Source: Octopus vulgaris
Lineage: Eukaryota
Length of the DNA stretch: 64,000 nt
Direction: 5' to 3'
Assembly (NCBI GenBank): GCA_951406725.2
Contig: OX597828.1
Coordinates: 44,826,001-44,890,000 of the forward strand
Position numbers and translations under genes: made by a program
In this document: positions 40,002 through 52,220 of the stretch, piece after piece
Layout: each line of letters begins with the position of its first letter
Numbering within the stretch: the first letter of the stretch is position 1
Notes under the pieces: model-generated
The model's input: only the letters and a program-made list of their open reading frames with translations
The model's database searches: none
What the model was told of the DNA's origin: nothing

Positions 40002-40039
40002 CTGTCCAACGAATGGGAACGTGAAACTCTGAGTAACAG
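40002..40039 (+). ncRNA. Decayed hammerhead-like motif in a (TA)n-flanked ~150-bp element (39995-40143)
   Basis: ctgt-CCAACGA-atg ggaa cgt-GAAA-ctc t gag-TA-acag; stems I-III pair but CUGA core is altered. Confidence 0.35.
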
Positions 40040-40142
40040 CTTTTGTTATATTTCAGCTGCTTTTAAATAAAACATATTACTCTACCTTTGGTATTTGAGT
40101 ACTCTTTTTTCCACCTTGTTTCACATTTATGTGCTTACTCCA

Positions 40143-40183
<41 letters not shown>

Positions 40184-40329
40184 TAAAGTCTGATTATTGT
40201 TAGTAAACGAAAATTTAAAGGTTGCTATCAAGATTTCTTTGAAAAATTAATATATATATATATATATACAAGCACATTATGCATACATGTATATATGCGT
40301 ATACATCTATATACATATTTATACATATT

Positions 40330-40377
<48 letters not shown>

Positions 40378-41636
40378 ATCAGCAAATAGATTTGGCATAA
40401 ATATACATTCTATATATGCTCTACAAAATAGCAGCTTGGATGAGCGTCTCCTGTTTTACTCTCTTAGGCTGATAAAAGCCCTGTGAATAGAAATGGTAGG
40501 AGTAAGAAGAAGAAGAAGAAGAAGAAGAAGCTGATAATGATGCTTAAAAATAATAATATTTTTAGTAGTTATTGATGATTGTTGAGGAGGTAGCTTATAG
40601 TAAACAAGCTAATCTTAGCTGGGACATGTTTGTAGCTAGTTTTATAAAAAGGCAATCAGAAATTATATTGAACAAACACAATGTAATTCATAAAAGATAA
40701 ATATGTAAATTGGTCTAATATTCTGAAACAAAAAAGAGCCAAGTTTCCCCAGAAAAATTTTTTTACAAAAATCCAACAGAAAAATTTCATTACAAGTTAT
40801 AATTTTTAAAAATGTTTTTTGGAATGCTTTTTGCCTTTATTGAAACCTTGTTTGAGCCGTTTCCTGAATTCCTTGGAAGCAACAAAGTTTATTAAATCAA
40901 CATTCTTAGAAAAACTGAAGATTGCGAATGGCTTTCGTTTTAAGGTAATTTATCCCAAATATATTGAATTCTTGTGATTGTATTTATTTTCGATATTAAT
41001 AAACCTATGCAAAGGCACGTATTGCAGCTTATTGAGACAGATTTTGTGTAACAGCAATGTATTGTTGTGGGGCATTTCATTGTGAATGGCAGAAAAGGAC
41101 TCCATCATACCGGTTCCAGTTAACTGACTGACTGAGCAAATGATTAATCAAACAACCAATTAATTGGATAATTAGTTGGCAAATGATTCTTTCTACAATT
41201 AGTACAAGGCCTGAAATTTTGGGGGAAGGTGCTAGCCAGTTACATTGACTCCGTCTCAGTGCTCACCTAGTACTTATTTTATCGACCCTGAAATGAGGAA
41301 AGCCAAGGTTGACATTGTCGGAATTTGAACCCAGAACATAAAAAAACTGATGGAATGCCGCAAAGCACTATGTCTGCCATGTTAACAATTTTTCAGACTC
41401 GCAAATTTATAATAATCCTTTTTACTATAGGTATTGGGTTGTCTGGAAAGTTCGTGCCGATTTTTAAAGGAAAGAAAAAGGTCAATAAATACTTTGCCGA
41501 ACTGCTAAATTATGGTGATATAAAACAATCCAGCATCGGTTGTCAAGTGATGGTGGGTGGACAAACACAGACACAAAGACACACACTCAAACATATAAAT
41601 ATATATACACACAAGCAACAGATATATGTATATATA

Positions 41637-41941
41637 TCACGTGATCACGTGACCGACCAGACCATCAGATGTTGTTACACTTCGCTGGTCACAATGCGTT
41701 CGCATTGTTTTAGCCTTCGAATGACGCCACCCCGCTGGCTAAGCGAGCAGGCCAACAGACGAAAGATTGAGAGAAAGAGTGGTGAAAGAGTACAGCAGGG
41801 ATCACCACCCCCTGCCGGAGTCTTGTGGAGCTTTTAGGTGTTTTTGCTCAATAAACACTCACAACGCCTGGTCTGGGAATCGAAACTGTGATCCTACAAC
41901 CGCGAGTCCGCTGCCCTAACAACTGGGCCATTGCGCCTCCA
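41637..41941 (-). mobile_element. SINE-C head joined to a different 3' tail
   Basis: 41770-41941 matches SINE-C 5' half; 41637-41765 is unrelated and ends ...ggtcacgtgatcacgtgat. Confidence 0.7.
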
Positions 41942-42226
41942 CATATATATAAATATATATATATGTATCCGTCTTATTTTTTTCCGTCCTTGTTTTCATA
42001 TACATTCGCTGCTTTCTTCCAAGGAATCTAGTGCTCTTAGCTTAGTTTTTCCTTAGGGCTGGCCAGATTGGAGCAATCACGAGTATAACCAGCCAAAATT
42101 TGGAAAGATAATCTGGAACTCGACTAAGGAATGTAAACTTCAAATGACCCGTCCGTGTTTTTTCTTGTCCCTCTTTTGTATCATCTGTCTGGATGTTTAG
42201 TTGTCCCTCTTTTGCATTCCTTAATA

Positions 42227-42276
<50 letters not shown>

Positions 42277-42351
42277 TTGACAGATAGATATAGAACACAT
42301 GTCCACATGGAAGATGGCTGTTATATGGTGGTGGTAATGATGTTGATGATG

Positions 42352-42399
<48 letters not shown>

Positions 42400-42417
42400 C
42401 ATATGTATGTAAGCATG

Positions 42418-42795
42418 GAAGCGCAATGGCCCAGAAGTTAGGGCAACGGACTCGTAGTCATAGGATTGTGGTTTCAATTCCCAGACCAGGCGTTGTGAGT
42501 GTTTATTGACTGAAAACACCTAAAGTGCCATGATGCTCTAGCAGCGAGTGGTGGCGACCCCTGCTGTACCCTTTCAACACAACTTTCTCTCATTCTTTCT
42601 TCCTGTTTCTGTTGTACCTGTATTTCAAAGGGACAGCCTTGTCACACTCTGTGTCACGCTGAATCTCCCCTAGAACTACATTAAGGGTATATGTTTCTGT
42701 GGAGTGGTCAGCCACTTGGACGTTAATTTCACGAGCAGGCTGTTCCATTGATTGGATCAACTGGAACCCTCGTCATCATAACCGACAGAGTGCCA
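42418..42795 (+). mobile_element. SINE-C, diverged copy
   Basis: Colinear with 18229-18614, many CpG transitions. Confidence 0.8.
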
Positions 42796-42825
42796 CAATA
42801 CATATAAGCACACACACACACACAC

Positions 42826-42871
<46 letters not shown>

Positions 42872-43639
42872 GACCAGAGAAAGTGAAAGAGGAGACAAGA
42901 GTGAGAGTCACACACAGACACACACACACACACACACTTACTGAAATATAATGCCAGAAGAAATGTAATAAAATTCCAGGTTTAACTCACCACCAGCAAC
43001 AACAACAACAACCACAACATCAAGGTAGAATTTAAGGTGTACAGAGTAAAAGCCATGAGGTCGTTAGCTGGGTAGAGATCCTAATGTATTTAAGTATACT
43101 TAGATGTACACACACACATATATATATATATATATGTATGTATATATGTGTATATATATGAACTGTTTCAGTCGTTTAATCCACAGGTAACTTATATACA
43201 CTCATTCGTATGTCCACATAACTGGTCTAAACACCTACACCTCACTCTCACTCCCTCTCATTGTCTTTTTGTCCTTTCCTCCTCTGTCTTTTCCTTTGAA
43301 TAGTAACAGGATGTTAGAAAGAGTGGGCGAGAGAGAGAGAGGTAAAGTGAGGAGGAGGAGTCAGAGGTGTGGAGAGGTGAGAGAGAGGAAGGTAGGGAGT
43401 GGGAGAGAGAGAGAGAGATGGGGTGTGGGAGAGAGTGATGGGGTAAATTATACAGAAAAATATAAACATAAATACATGGGTGTGTGTGTATGAGGGAGAG
43501 TGTAAGGAAGGAAGGAAAAAGAAAAAAAGAAAGACAGAAAGAAAGAGAGATAAAGAGGGAAAGAAGTAATGGAAGAGAAATAAAGATTAACGAAAAAAGA
43601 CATTGAGAAATAGAGTAAAAGGTGTGTTTATGAAATTGC

Positions 43640-44003
43640 CAAGGTCGACTTAGCCTTTCATCCATTCAGGGTCAATTAAATAAATTAAGTACCAGTTACG
43701 CACTGGGGTCGATGTAATCGACTTAATCCGTTTGTCTGTTTGTCCCCTCTGTGTTTAGCCCCCTGTGGGCAATAAAGAAATAAGAAACGTTAGCACGCCG
43801 GGCGAAATTCTTAGCGGTACTTTGTCTGCCGCTACGTTCTGAGTTCAAATTCCGCCGAGGTCGACTTTGCCTTTCATCCCTTCGGGGTCGATAAATTAAG
43901 TACCAGTTACGCACTGGGGTCGATGTAATCGACTTAATCCGTTTGTCTGTCCTTGTTTGTCCCCTCTGTGTTTAGCCCCTTGTGGGCAATAAAGAAATAA
44001 GAA
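43640..44003 (+). mobile_element. Two tandem SINE-B copies
   Basis: Core and tail repeated (43640-43782, 43783-44003). Confidence 0.8.
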
Positions 44004-44174
44004 ATTTAACAGTAATGTTTATTCTTTTAAGGTGGAGGTTAAGAGGTTAAGGGTGAGGAGGTATGAAGCAAGCAGCACATAGAAAAGTTCTGTAGATGAA
44101 GAGAGAAAAACTGAAATTGCTGAATTAAACCATGAAAAGCTGAAAGCAAAATTTTAGCCCTGGGTTTCTTTGGA

Positions 44175-44214
<40 letters not shown>

Positions 44215-44216
<2 letters not shown>

Positions 44217-44419
44217 TCTCTTTTACTCTCTTTTACTTGTTTCAGTCATTTGACTGCGGCCATGCTGGAGCACCACCTTTAGTCGAGCAAATCGGCCCCG
44301 GGACTTATTCTTTTAGTAAGCCCAGTACTTATTCTATCGGTCTCTTTTGCCAAACCGCTAAGTGACGGGGACGTAAACACACCAGCATCGGTTGTCAAGC
44401 AATGCTAGAAGGACAGACA

Positions 44420-44487
<68 letters not shown>

Positions 44488-44650
44488 TATGACAGGCTTC
44501 TTTCAGTTTCCGTCTACCAAATCCACTCACAAGGCATTGGTCGGCCCGGGGCTATAGCAGAAGACACTTGCCTAAGATGCCACGCAGTGGAACTGAACCC
44601 GCAACCATGTGGTTGGTTAGCAAGCTACTTGCCACACAGCCACTCCTGCA
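44215..44650 (-). mobile_element. SINE-A, full length
   Basis: Consensus match. Confidence 0.85.
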
Positions 44651-44857
44651 CGGATATATACATATATATCAGAAATATTAAATTTCTAAATATCTCATAG
44701 AGATATGTACGGTGGTGGAGTGATAGAGTGGTTGTATACTGTCAACTTAACGTGGCAGTCCCGTAAAGGGAATCACACTACTGCTGTTTAGCCCTAGGAA
44801 GCATCGACACTTCCTGTCGGCCTTTTATATTTACGAAGGGGAGACAAACACCCCCAA

Positions 44858-44938
44858 CAGCTAGGCCCGCATCTAGAGACATGCATGTTTCTGGGTCTTG
44901 CCCATCATCAGTCTAGAGTAGCAGAGGCCTGCTAGCTG
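44858..44938 (-). ncRNA. Intact-looking type I hammerhead ribozyme
   Basis: Minus: TCTAGA-CTGATGA-TGGG caaga CCCA-GAAA-CATGCATG-TC-TCTAGA (44917-44872); stem I extends via aggcc/ggcct and cagct/agctg; predicted GUC cleavage after 44878. Confidence 0.8.
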
Positions 44939-44976
44939 AAGATATCTGTGTAGACTTCGTAAATATATATATATAT

Positions 44977-45182
44977 GATTGATTGATTGATTGATTCTAG
45001 TTTCAGCTCACGAGCTGTGGCCATGCTGGGGCACCGCCATTTGGTGGTGCTACATGGTTTTACTTCACGAATGCTTTTTAGCAACTGCCATTTGGTGCAT
45101 GAGAGAGTTCGATGCAGCTGCCCTCATCTGCACCGCCTGCCGTGAAGTTGGTTCATCTGGGATACCTGACAAGAAGAGATCC
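44977..45182 (-). mobile_element. 3' end of a LINE (CR1/L2/Jockey-group-like ORF2 C-terminus, 3' UTR and (CAAT)n tail)
   Basis: 45181-45065 reads DLFLSGIPDEPTSRQAVQMRAAASNSLMHQMAVAKKHS*; 3' UTR ggcggtgccccagcatggccacagctcgtgagctgaaac is shared with SINE-A. Confidence 0.7.
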
Positions 45183-45819
45183 ATATATATATTTCAGTGA
45201 AGTTTATTCACTGATCACCAAAATCAGAAATATTAAAAAGGTACATATTGAGCAAAGGTCAGCAATGCTTGTGCAGAGTTTTAGGTCCAATAAGACTTGC
45301 ACGACACCTCATAGACCCTCTCCACTTTATTGACATTATCCAGAGACAAGCCAGAGCAAGATGCCTAGTGACAGTATGAGATGCAGGCTCAGGGAGTGGG
45401 AGTGGGAGTGCCATGATCTCTAGCACAAACCAAAGATTCCCAAAATGTCCAATGCCATTCCCTGCATATCTGGATTCATATCAAAGTGACCTTCTCCTAG
45501 AGACATGCTTCAACAGAAGCTGAGGGCTGCTTCACTCCCAGTGGTCTTTCACACACACACACTCTTGCACACATATACACACATACACACTCTTGCACAA
45601 ATACACACACACACGTGTATATATATGTGTGTTTGCGATATGCTCCTTTCAGCTTTTATCTATCAACTCCACTTGCAAGGATCTGGTTATTCTCTGGCTA
45701 AAGCATAAAACATTTGCACAAGATACTGTGCAGTGGAACTGAACCTAAAACCATGGGATTGGGTGACATACATCTTATCTCCTCAGACACATCATATGCT
45801 TCTTTCTTCTTTTTTTCTC

Positions 45820-46176
45820 TTTTCTTTTACTTGTTTCAGTCATTTGACTGCGGCCATGATGGAGCACTGCCTTTAGTCGAGCAAATTGACTCCAGGACTT
45901 ATTCTTTGTAAGCTTAGTACTTATTCTATTGGTCTCTTTTGCCAAACCGCTAAGTTACGGGGATGTAAACACACCAGCATCAGTTGTCAAGCGATGTTGG
46001 GGGGACAAATACACACACATATACATACAAACAGCGGGCTTCTTTTAGTTTCTTCTACCAAATCCACTCACAAGGCTATAGTAGAAGACACTTGCCCAAG
46101 ATGCCATGCAGTGGAACTGAACCCGGAACCATGTGGTTGGTAAGCAAGCTACTTACCACACAGCCACTCCTGCGCC
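45820..46176 (-). mobile_element. SINE-A
   Basis: Consensus match with small deletions. Confidence 0.8.
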
Positions 46177-46819
46177 ATCATCTATTTATTAATTTTTTAT
46201 TTGTGTGTGTGTGTGTGTTTTCTAGAGTGATGTTCTTTTAAATTTTTTCTTCCTTTGATTTTCAAGCACCATAGTGGATTCATACCACAAATAGTGAATT
46301 AAAATTCAGTGATGTTATTAATTAATTATTACTATTTATTTATTAATGACTTAATTAGAAGAAGAGAATTTGGACTTGACGAATATAATTGAAACAATAT
46401 TTCAATGTCATCTATAACACACCGGTAATTTAGGACATAATTTGAAATCTTGCACTAAGGATTTTATTGGTCATCAAATTTATTTCCAAGACTCTTTGCA
46501 ACTTGCAAGTTGCTGCAGATTATGCAAACTACACAGATATAGCAATTTAATGGGAAAATGAGATTAAAAAAGGCCCCTATAATTTGGTTTGTTACTGTAT
46601 TTAGGAAAGTCATTCTTTCACACAAAATATTGACTTCATCATCATCATTATCATCATTTATCATCGGTTTTTTCCATGTGGAGGTGTGTGGGTTAGTGGT
46701 TAGGGGTGTTAAATTCATGATTGTAAGATTGTGGTTTCAATTCCTGGGCAGGGTGATATGTTGTGTTCTTGAGCGGAACACTTCATATCACATTGCTTCA
46801 TTTCACTCAGCTGGTAACA

Positions 46820-47190
46820 TTATCATCATCATCATTTAATGTCACTTGTCCACGCTGGCAGGGGTTGGATGGTTCAACCAAGGCTGGTGAGCTGAAGGGC
46901 ATGGTTTTATATGGCTAGATGCCCTTCCTAACACCAACCACTCTATTACAGTGTGATGGGTGCTTTTACGTGCAACTGGCATGGGTACCATTTGCATGAC
47001 ACCAGAATGCTTTTATTTGCCATTGGCACAGGTGCCATTTGCATGACATTGGTATCTTCCACAACTGGGATTTTACTCGGCTTGATGGGTCTTCATCTCA
47101 AGCACGACATAATGCCAAAGGCCTCGATCATTGCCTCTGTTTGATCCAATGCTCCAAAGGAACTCATCTACTTTGCCCCTATGAGGCCCG
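46820..47190 (-). mobile_element. Family E long variant
   Basis: Colinear with 2640-3000, including one aaaggaactc...gaggccc unit. Confidence 0.6.
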
Positions 47191-48104
47191 TTACAGAGAA
47201 ATCCTGCAATGTAGTGGTGTACCATCCAGAGGGCAATTTATATGCCAGAGAACCTTGGAAACCGGCCCTATGACCCTGCATGACTCAGCAAGGAGAGACA
47301 TTAATCCGTTTTCCATACTGGTTGGGGCTGGACAGTTTGACAGGAGTTGGCAAGCCAGAGGGGTACACCAGGTTCCAATGAGATGCCTTGACATGGTTTC
47401 TTCAGCTGGATGCCCTTTCTTCACAGAGTGGACTGGGTGCTTTTTATATGGCACCAGCACCAGTGTGTTTTACATGCCACCAGTATGGGGGCTTTTTATT
47501 TAGCACCAGTACTTCCTGTCTACTAAGTTCCTCAAAAAGCTGTGGTCTTCCTGGAGTTATTTTATCGGACATTTAAGCATCATGCTGCAGAATGGAAGTG
47601 ATGCATATTTTCGCATTAAGTGGCAAATAACATAAACGGACCAAGAAAGGAATACAAAATATTACAGAATCTTGGGGTTAGTACCCTGTGCTCTTAACCA
47701 CTGCGCCATATGCCCTCACCAAACAAGTTTGCAAGACCCTTTTTTTTGCATGTACGTATATATTCCCCTCCCCTTACCGAAAGCTGAACAGTTCTCTCCC
47801 TTGCCCATAACAACAACAATAATAACGATAACCAATTACCTCCCCATATTTTTTCTACTTGTGAAGTCATTCACTCATAAATATCATCACGCACAACATG
47901 GACAAATAAGTAAACCATAATATCATGAATAGCGAAAGTGAAACTGGTCGATATATTAAAAATTATATTAAAACTATGTAAAGTGTGTGTATTTTCCTTT
48001 TTTAATTTCTTATATATATTAAAACTCACCACGTGGGGATAAGCGAAATTCTGCTTTTCCGTTATTTATATATATATATACATACAGGAGGCTTCTTTCA
48101 GTTT

Positions 48105-48520
48105 CTTATTTCTTTACAGCCCACAAGGGGCTACACACAGAGGGGACAAACAAGGACAGACGAACAAATTAAGTCGATTATATCAACCCCAGTGCATAAC
48201 TGGTACTTATTTAATCGACTCTGAAAGGATGAAAGGCAAAGTCAACCTTGGCAGAATTTGAACCCAGAATGTAGCAGCAGACAAAATACCTATTTCTTTA
48301 TTACCCACAAGGGGCTACACACAGAGGGGACAAACAAGGACAGACGAACAAATTAAGTCGATTATATCAACCCCAGTGCATAACTGGTACTTAATTTATC
48401 GACCCCGAAAGGATGAAAGGCAAAGTCGACCTCGGCGGAATTTGAACTCAGAATGTAAAGACAGACAAAATATCACTAAGCATTTCGCCCGGTGTCCTAA
48501 CATTTCTGCCAGCTCACCGC
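48105..48520 (-). mobile_element. Two adjoining SINE-B copies
   Basis: cccacaaggggctacacacagaggggacaaacaaggacagacgaacaaattaagtcga duplicated. Confidence 0.8.
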
Positions 48521-48915
48521 TTTGGACTTCTTTCAGTTTCTGTCTACCAAATTCCCTCACAAGGCTATAGTAGAAGATACTTACCGAAGGTACCACGCAG
48601 TGGGACTGAACCCGGAACCATGTGGTTGGGAAGCAAGCTTCTTACCACACAGCCATACCTGTGTCTATGAACTTATGCTCATAATCATATGCTTTCGGTC
48701 ATTACGCAGGCACTAGATTTCCTGGCAGTGTGTTCGACTCAAAGACTCTCACTCGCAATCCCTTCCTGCATCATTCTAACCACATGTCTCTATGATCTTA
48801 CACATTTTTATTTCCCAACTACTTTACCAAAAAGTCTCCTTCTTTCTAAGATGATATTTGTGTAATTTGAGTTAGACGTGGCAGCTATGTCCAGCATTTT
48901 TAATTTGCATAACCA

Positions 48916-49079
48916 TAGGCGCAGGAGTGGCTGTGTGGTAAGTAGCTTGCTAACCAACCACATGGTTCCGGGTTCAGTCCCACTGCGTGGCATCTTGGGC
49001 AAGTGTCTTCTGCTATAGCCCCGGGCCGACCAATGCCTTGTGAGTGGATTTGGTAGACGGAAACTGAAAGAAGCCTGTC

Positions 49080-49139
<60 letters not shown>

Positions 49140-49365
49140 ATGTGTGTTTGTGTGTGTGTGTTTGTCCCCCTAGCATTGCTTGACAACCGATGCTGGTGTG
49201 TTTACATCCCCGTAACTTAGCGGTTCGGCAAAAGAGACCGATAGAATAAGTACTGGGCTTACAAAGAATAAAGTCCTGGGTTCGATTTGCTCAACTAAAG
49301 GCGGTGCTCCAGCATGGCCGCAGTCAAATGACTGAAACAAGTAAAAGAGTAAAAGAGTAAAAGAT
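48916..49365 (+). mobile_element. SINE-A, full length
   Basis: Consensus match. Confidence 0.85.
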
Positions 49366-49729
49366 ATAGAAATTCTCTTGTTGGTTCATGGAGTCCATAG
49401 CTATTTCCAAATTATTAGCAGGTGAGAAATTCTAGTGGGATAGTTGTATTGTGGTATCATCTATGTAATATCTATGTTCAATACTTCCTATATTATTGAT
49501 TTTTCAAACAGGACTGTTCTCTGCAAAATTGGTCTTATGATTTTGGTGGTTTGATTTCTTTGTTATTCCGTTTCACAGGCATCTTTTAAATACCATTTTC
49601 TCTCCATCTCTTTTGGACTTTCTATCTCTGCAATTTCTAAATATGTACACACACGCACAGAGATGTATATTTATATATATATACATATATACATATATAT
49701 ATATATATATTTATATGCACACACACATA

Positions 49730-49796
<67 letters not shown>

Positions 49797-49806
49797 GCAC
49801 ACACAC

Positions 49807-49876
<70 letters not shown>

Positions 49877-49944
49877 GCACACACACATATGTGTGTATAT
49901 ATATATGATGATGATGATGATATATATATATACATATTCTTTAA

Positions 49945-50163
49945 TTCTTTTACCTGTTTCAGTCATTTGACTGTGGCCGTGCTGGGGCACTGCCTTCAGT
50001 TGAACACATTGACCCCAGGACTTATTCTTTGTAAGCCTACTACTTATTTTATTAGGCATTTTTGCTGAACCACTAAGTTATGGGGATGTAAACACACCAG
50101 CATCAGTTGTTAAGTGATGGTGTGGGGGACAAACACAGACACAAAAATACATACATCTGCGTG

Positions 50164-50195
<32 letters not shown>

Positions 50196-50393
50196 CGCGT
50201 ATATACATATATATATACATACATATATACATATACAAATATACAACAAGCTTCTTTCAGTTTCCATCTATCAAATCCACTCACAAAGTTCTGGTCAGGC
50301 CAAGGCTATAGCAGAAGACATTTGCCCAAGGTGTCACACAGTGGGACTGAACTCAGAACCATGTGGTTTGTAAGCAAGCTTCTTAACACACAG
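49945..50393 (-). mobile_element. SINE-A, diverged
   Basis: Consensus match. Confidence 0.75.
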
Positions 50394-50733
50394 CATATAT
50401 TTATATTTATATTTATATTCATATCTATTTATATTTATTTGTATTTATTAACAAGATTCTTTTACATGAAATAATAATGTTGACAGTGACTTCAAAATTT
50501 CTGCTTGGTTAGTGGCACCAACAATAGCAGAGTTGCCGAGTAACTTGCAAGACAAAGAGTCTTTGAGAAGAGTGGGGCATGGGCGGTTAGAGTGTGACAG
50601 AGAGACAGAAACAAACGTCTTACTATGATGGAGGCACAGGGTTACCCAGTAAAAGAGGGAGAGAAAGAGAGGGAAAAATAGTTTAGCATTAAATGTTAGA
50701 TGATGATGATGGTGATGATGAAATATGAGTATT

Positions 50734-51142
50734 CAGGTGCAGGAGTGGCTGTGTGGTAAGTAGCTTGCTAACCAACCACATGGTTCCGGGTTCAGTCCCA
50801 CTGCGTGGCATCTTGGGCAAGTGTCTTCTGCTATAGCCCCGGGCCGACCAATGCCTTGTGAGTGGATTTGGTAGACGAAAACTGAAAGAAGCCTGTTGTA
50901 TATATGTATATATATGTATGTGTATGTATATGTTTGTGTGTCTGTGTTTGTCCTAGCATTGCTTGACAACCGATGCTGGTGTGTTTATGTCCCCGTCACT
51001 TAGCAGTTCAGCAAAAGAGACCGACGATAGAATAAGTACTGGGCTTACAAAGAATAAGTTCCGGGGCTGATTTGCTTGACTAAAGGCGGTGCTCCAGCAT
51101 GACCGCAGTCAAAATGACTGAAACAAGTAAAAGAGTAAGAGT
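50734..51142 (+). mobile_element. SINE-A, full length
   Basis: Consensus match. Confidence 0.85.
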
Positions 51143-51357
51143 ATTCCAGTATGCAAAACCAATATGTAAATGCTTAGATGTCAATATCGAATCTCATCCT
51201 CATCCTCATCCTTCTCCTCATCATCATTGTTTAACATCCGTTTTCCATGCTAGCATGAGTTGGACGCTTCAACCAGGGTCTGGAAGTCATGAGGCTGCAC
51301 TAGGCTCCAATCTGATCCCTTAATGAGGCTAATTTAACCCTAATTGAATTTATATAT

Positions 51358-51762
51358 ATACTCTTTACTCTTTTACTTGTTTCAGTCATTTGACTGCGGC
51401 CATGCTGGAGCACCACCTTTAATCGAGCAACTCGACCCTGGGACTTATTCTTTTGTAAGCCCAGTACTTATTCTATCGGTCTCTTTTGCCGAACCGCTAA
51501 GTAACGGGGACATAAACACACCAGCATCAGTTGTCAAGCAATGCTAGGGGGACAAACACACACACACAAACACACACATACACATATAATATATATATAT
51601 ACATATATACGACGGGCTTCTTTCAGTTTCCGTCTACCAAATCCACTCACAAGGCATTGGTCGGCCCGAGGCTATAGCAGAAGACACTTGCCCAAGGTGC
51701 CACGCAGTGGGACTGAAACCGGAACCATGTGGCTGGTAAGCAAGCTACTTACCACACAGCCA
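51358..51762 (-). mobile_element. SINE-A, near full length
   Basis: Consensus match. Confidence 0.85.
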
Positions 51763-51902
51763 TACAAAATATGGGAATTTAGTTCACAGGTGATCTAAAT
51801 GACAAGGTATATTAGCTAAGTGCTGTAACAGATTACTGGGGCTCCAAGGTTATAGCCGAGACGGTAGTTATGGAGCCATTGCAGATTTCCGATGCAGTGG
51901 AT

Positions 51903-52141
51903 ATATAATTGTTAAAGAGGACAACAAACGTTAAGGCAAGGGAAACATCTCAAATCATATACATTATTATTATTGGAAAAAAGAAATTCAAAGTCTTACA
52001 GCTGTTTCTAGGATATCCCATACTCTGAGATATCCCAGAAACAGCTGTAAGACTGAATTTTTTTCCAATAATAATAATAATGTATATGACTTGAGGTGTT
52101 TGCCTTGCCTTAATGTTTGTTGTCCTCTTTAACAATTATAT
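51903..52141. repeat. Fold-back inverted repeat (~115-bp arms, 5-nt loop) containing the 3' half of a hammerhead on each arm
   Basis: atataattgttaaagaggacaacaaac... / ...gtttgttgtcctctttaacaattatat; loop tactc 52021-52025; GAAA-CAGCTG-TA-agact at 52038-52054 and its mirror. Confidence 0.85.
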
Positions 52142-52161
52142 GCGTATATACATATATATAC

Positions 52162-52220
<59 letters not shown>

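Noticed and set aside
41432-41490. Mariner-like TIR fragment tattgggttgtctggaaagttcgtg
   Set aside because: Single end only, with no partner TIR or coding remnant
44668-45237. 15-bp direct repeat atcagaaatattaaa at 44668 and 45223 as a TSD around the ribozyme element and LINE end
   Set aside because: AT-rich, and it does not coincide cleanly with element boundaries; may be chance
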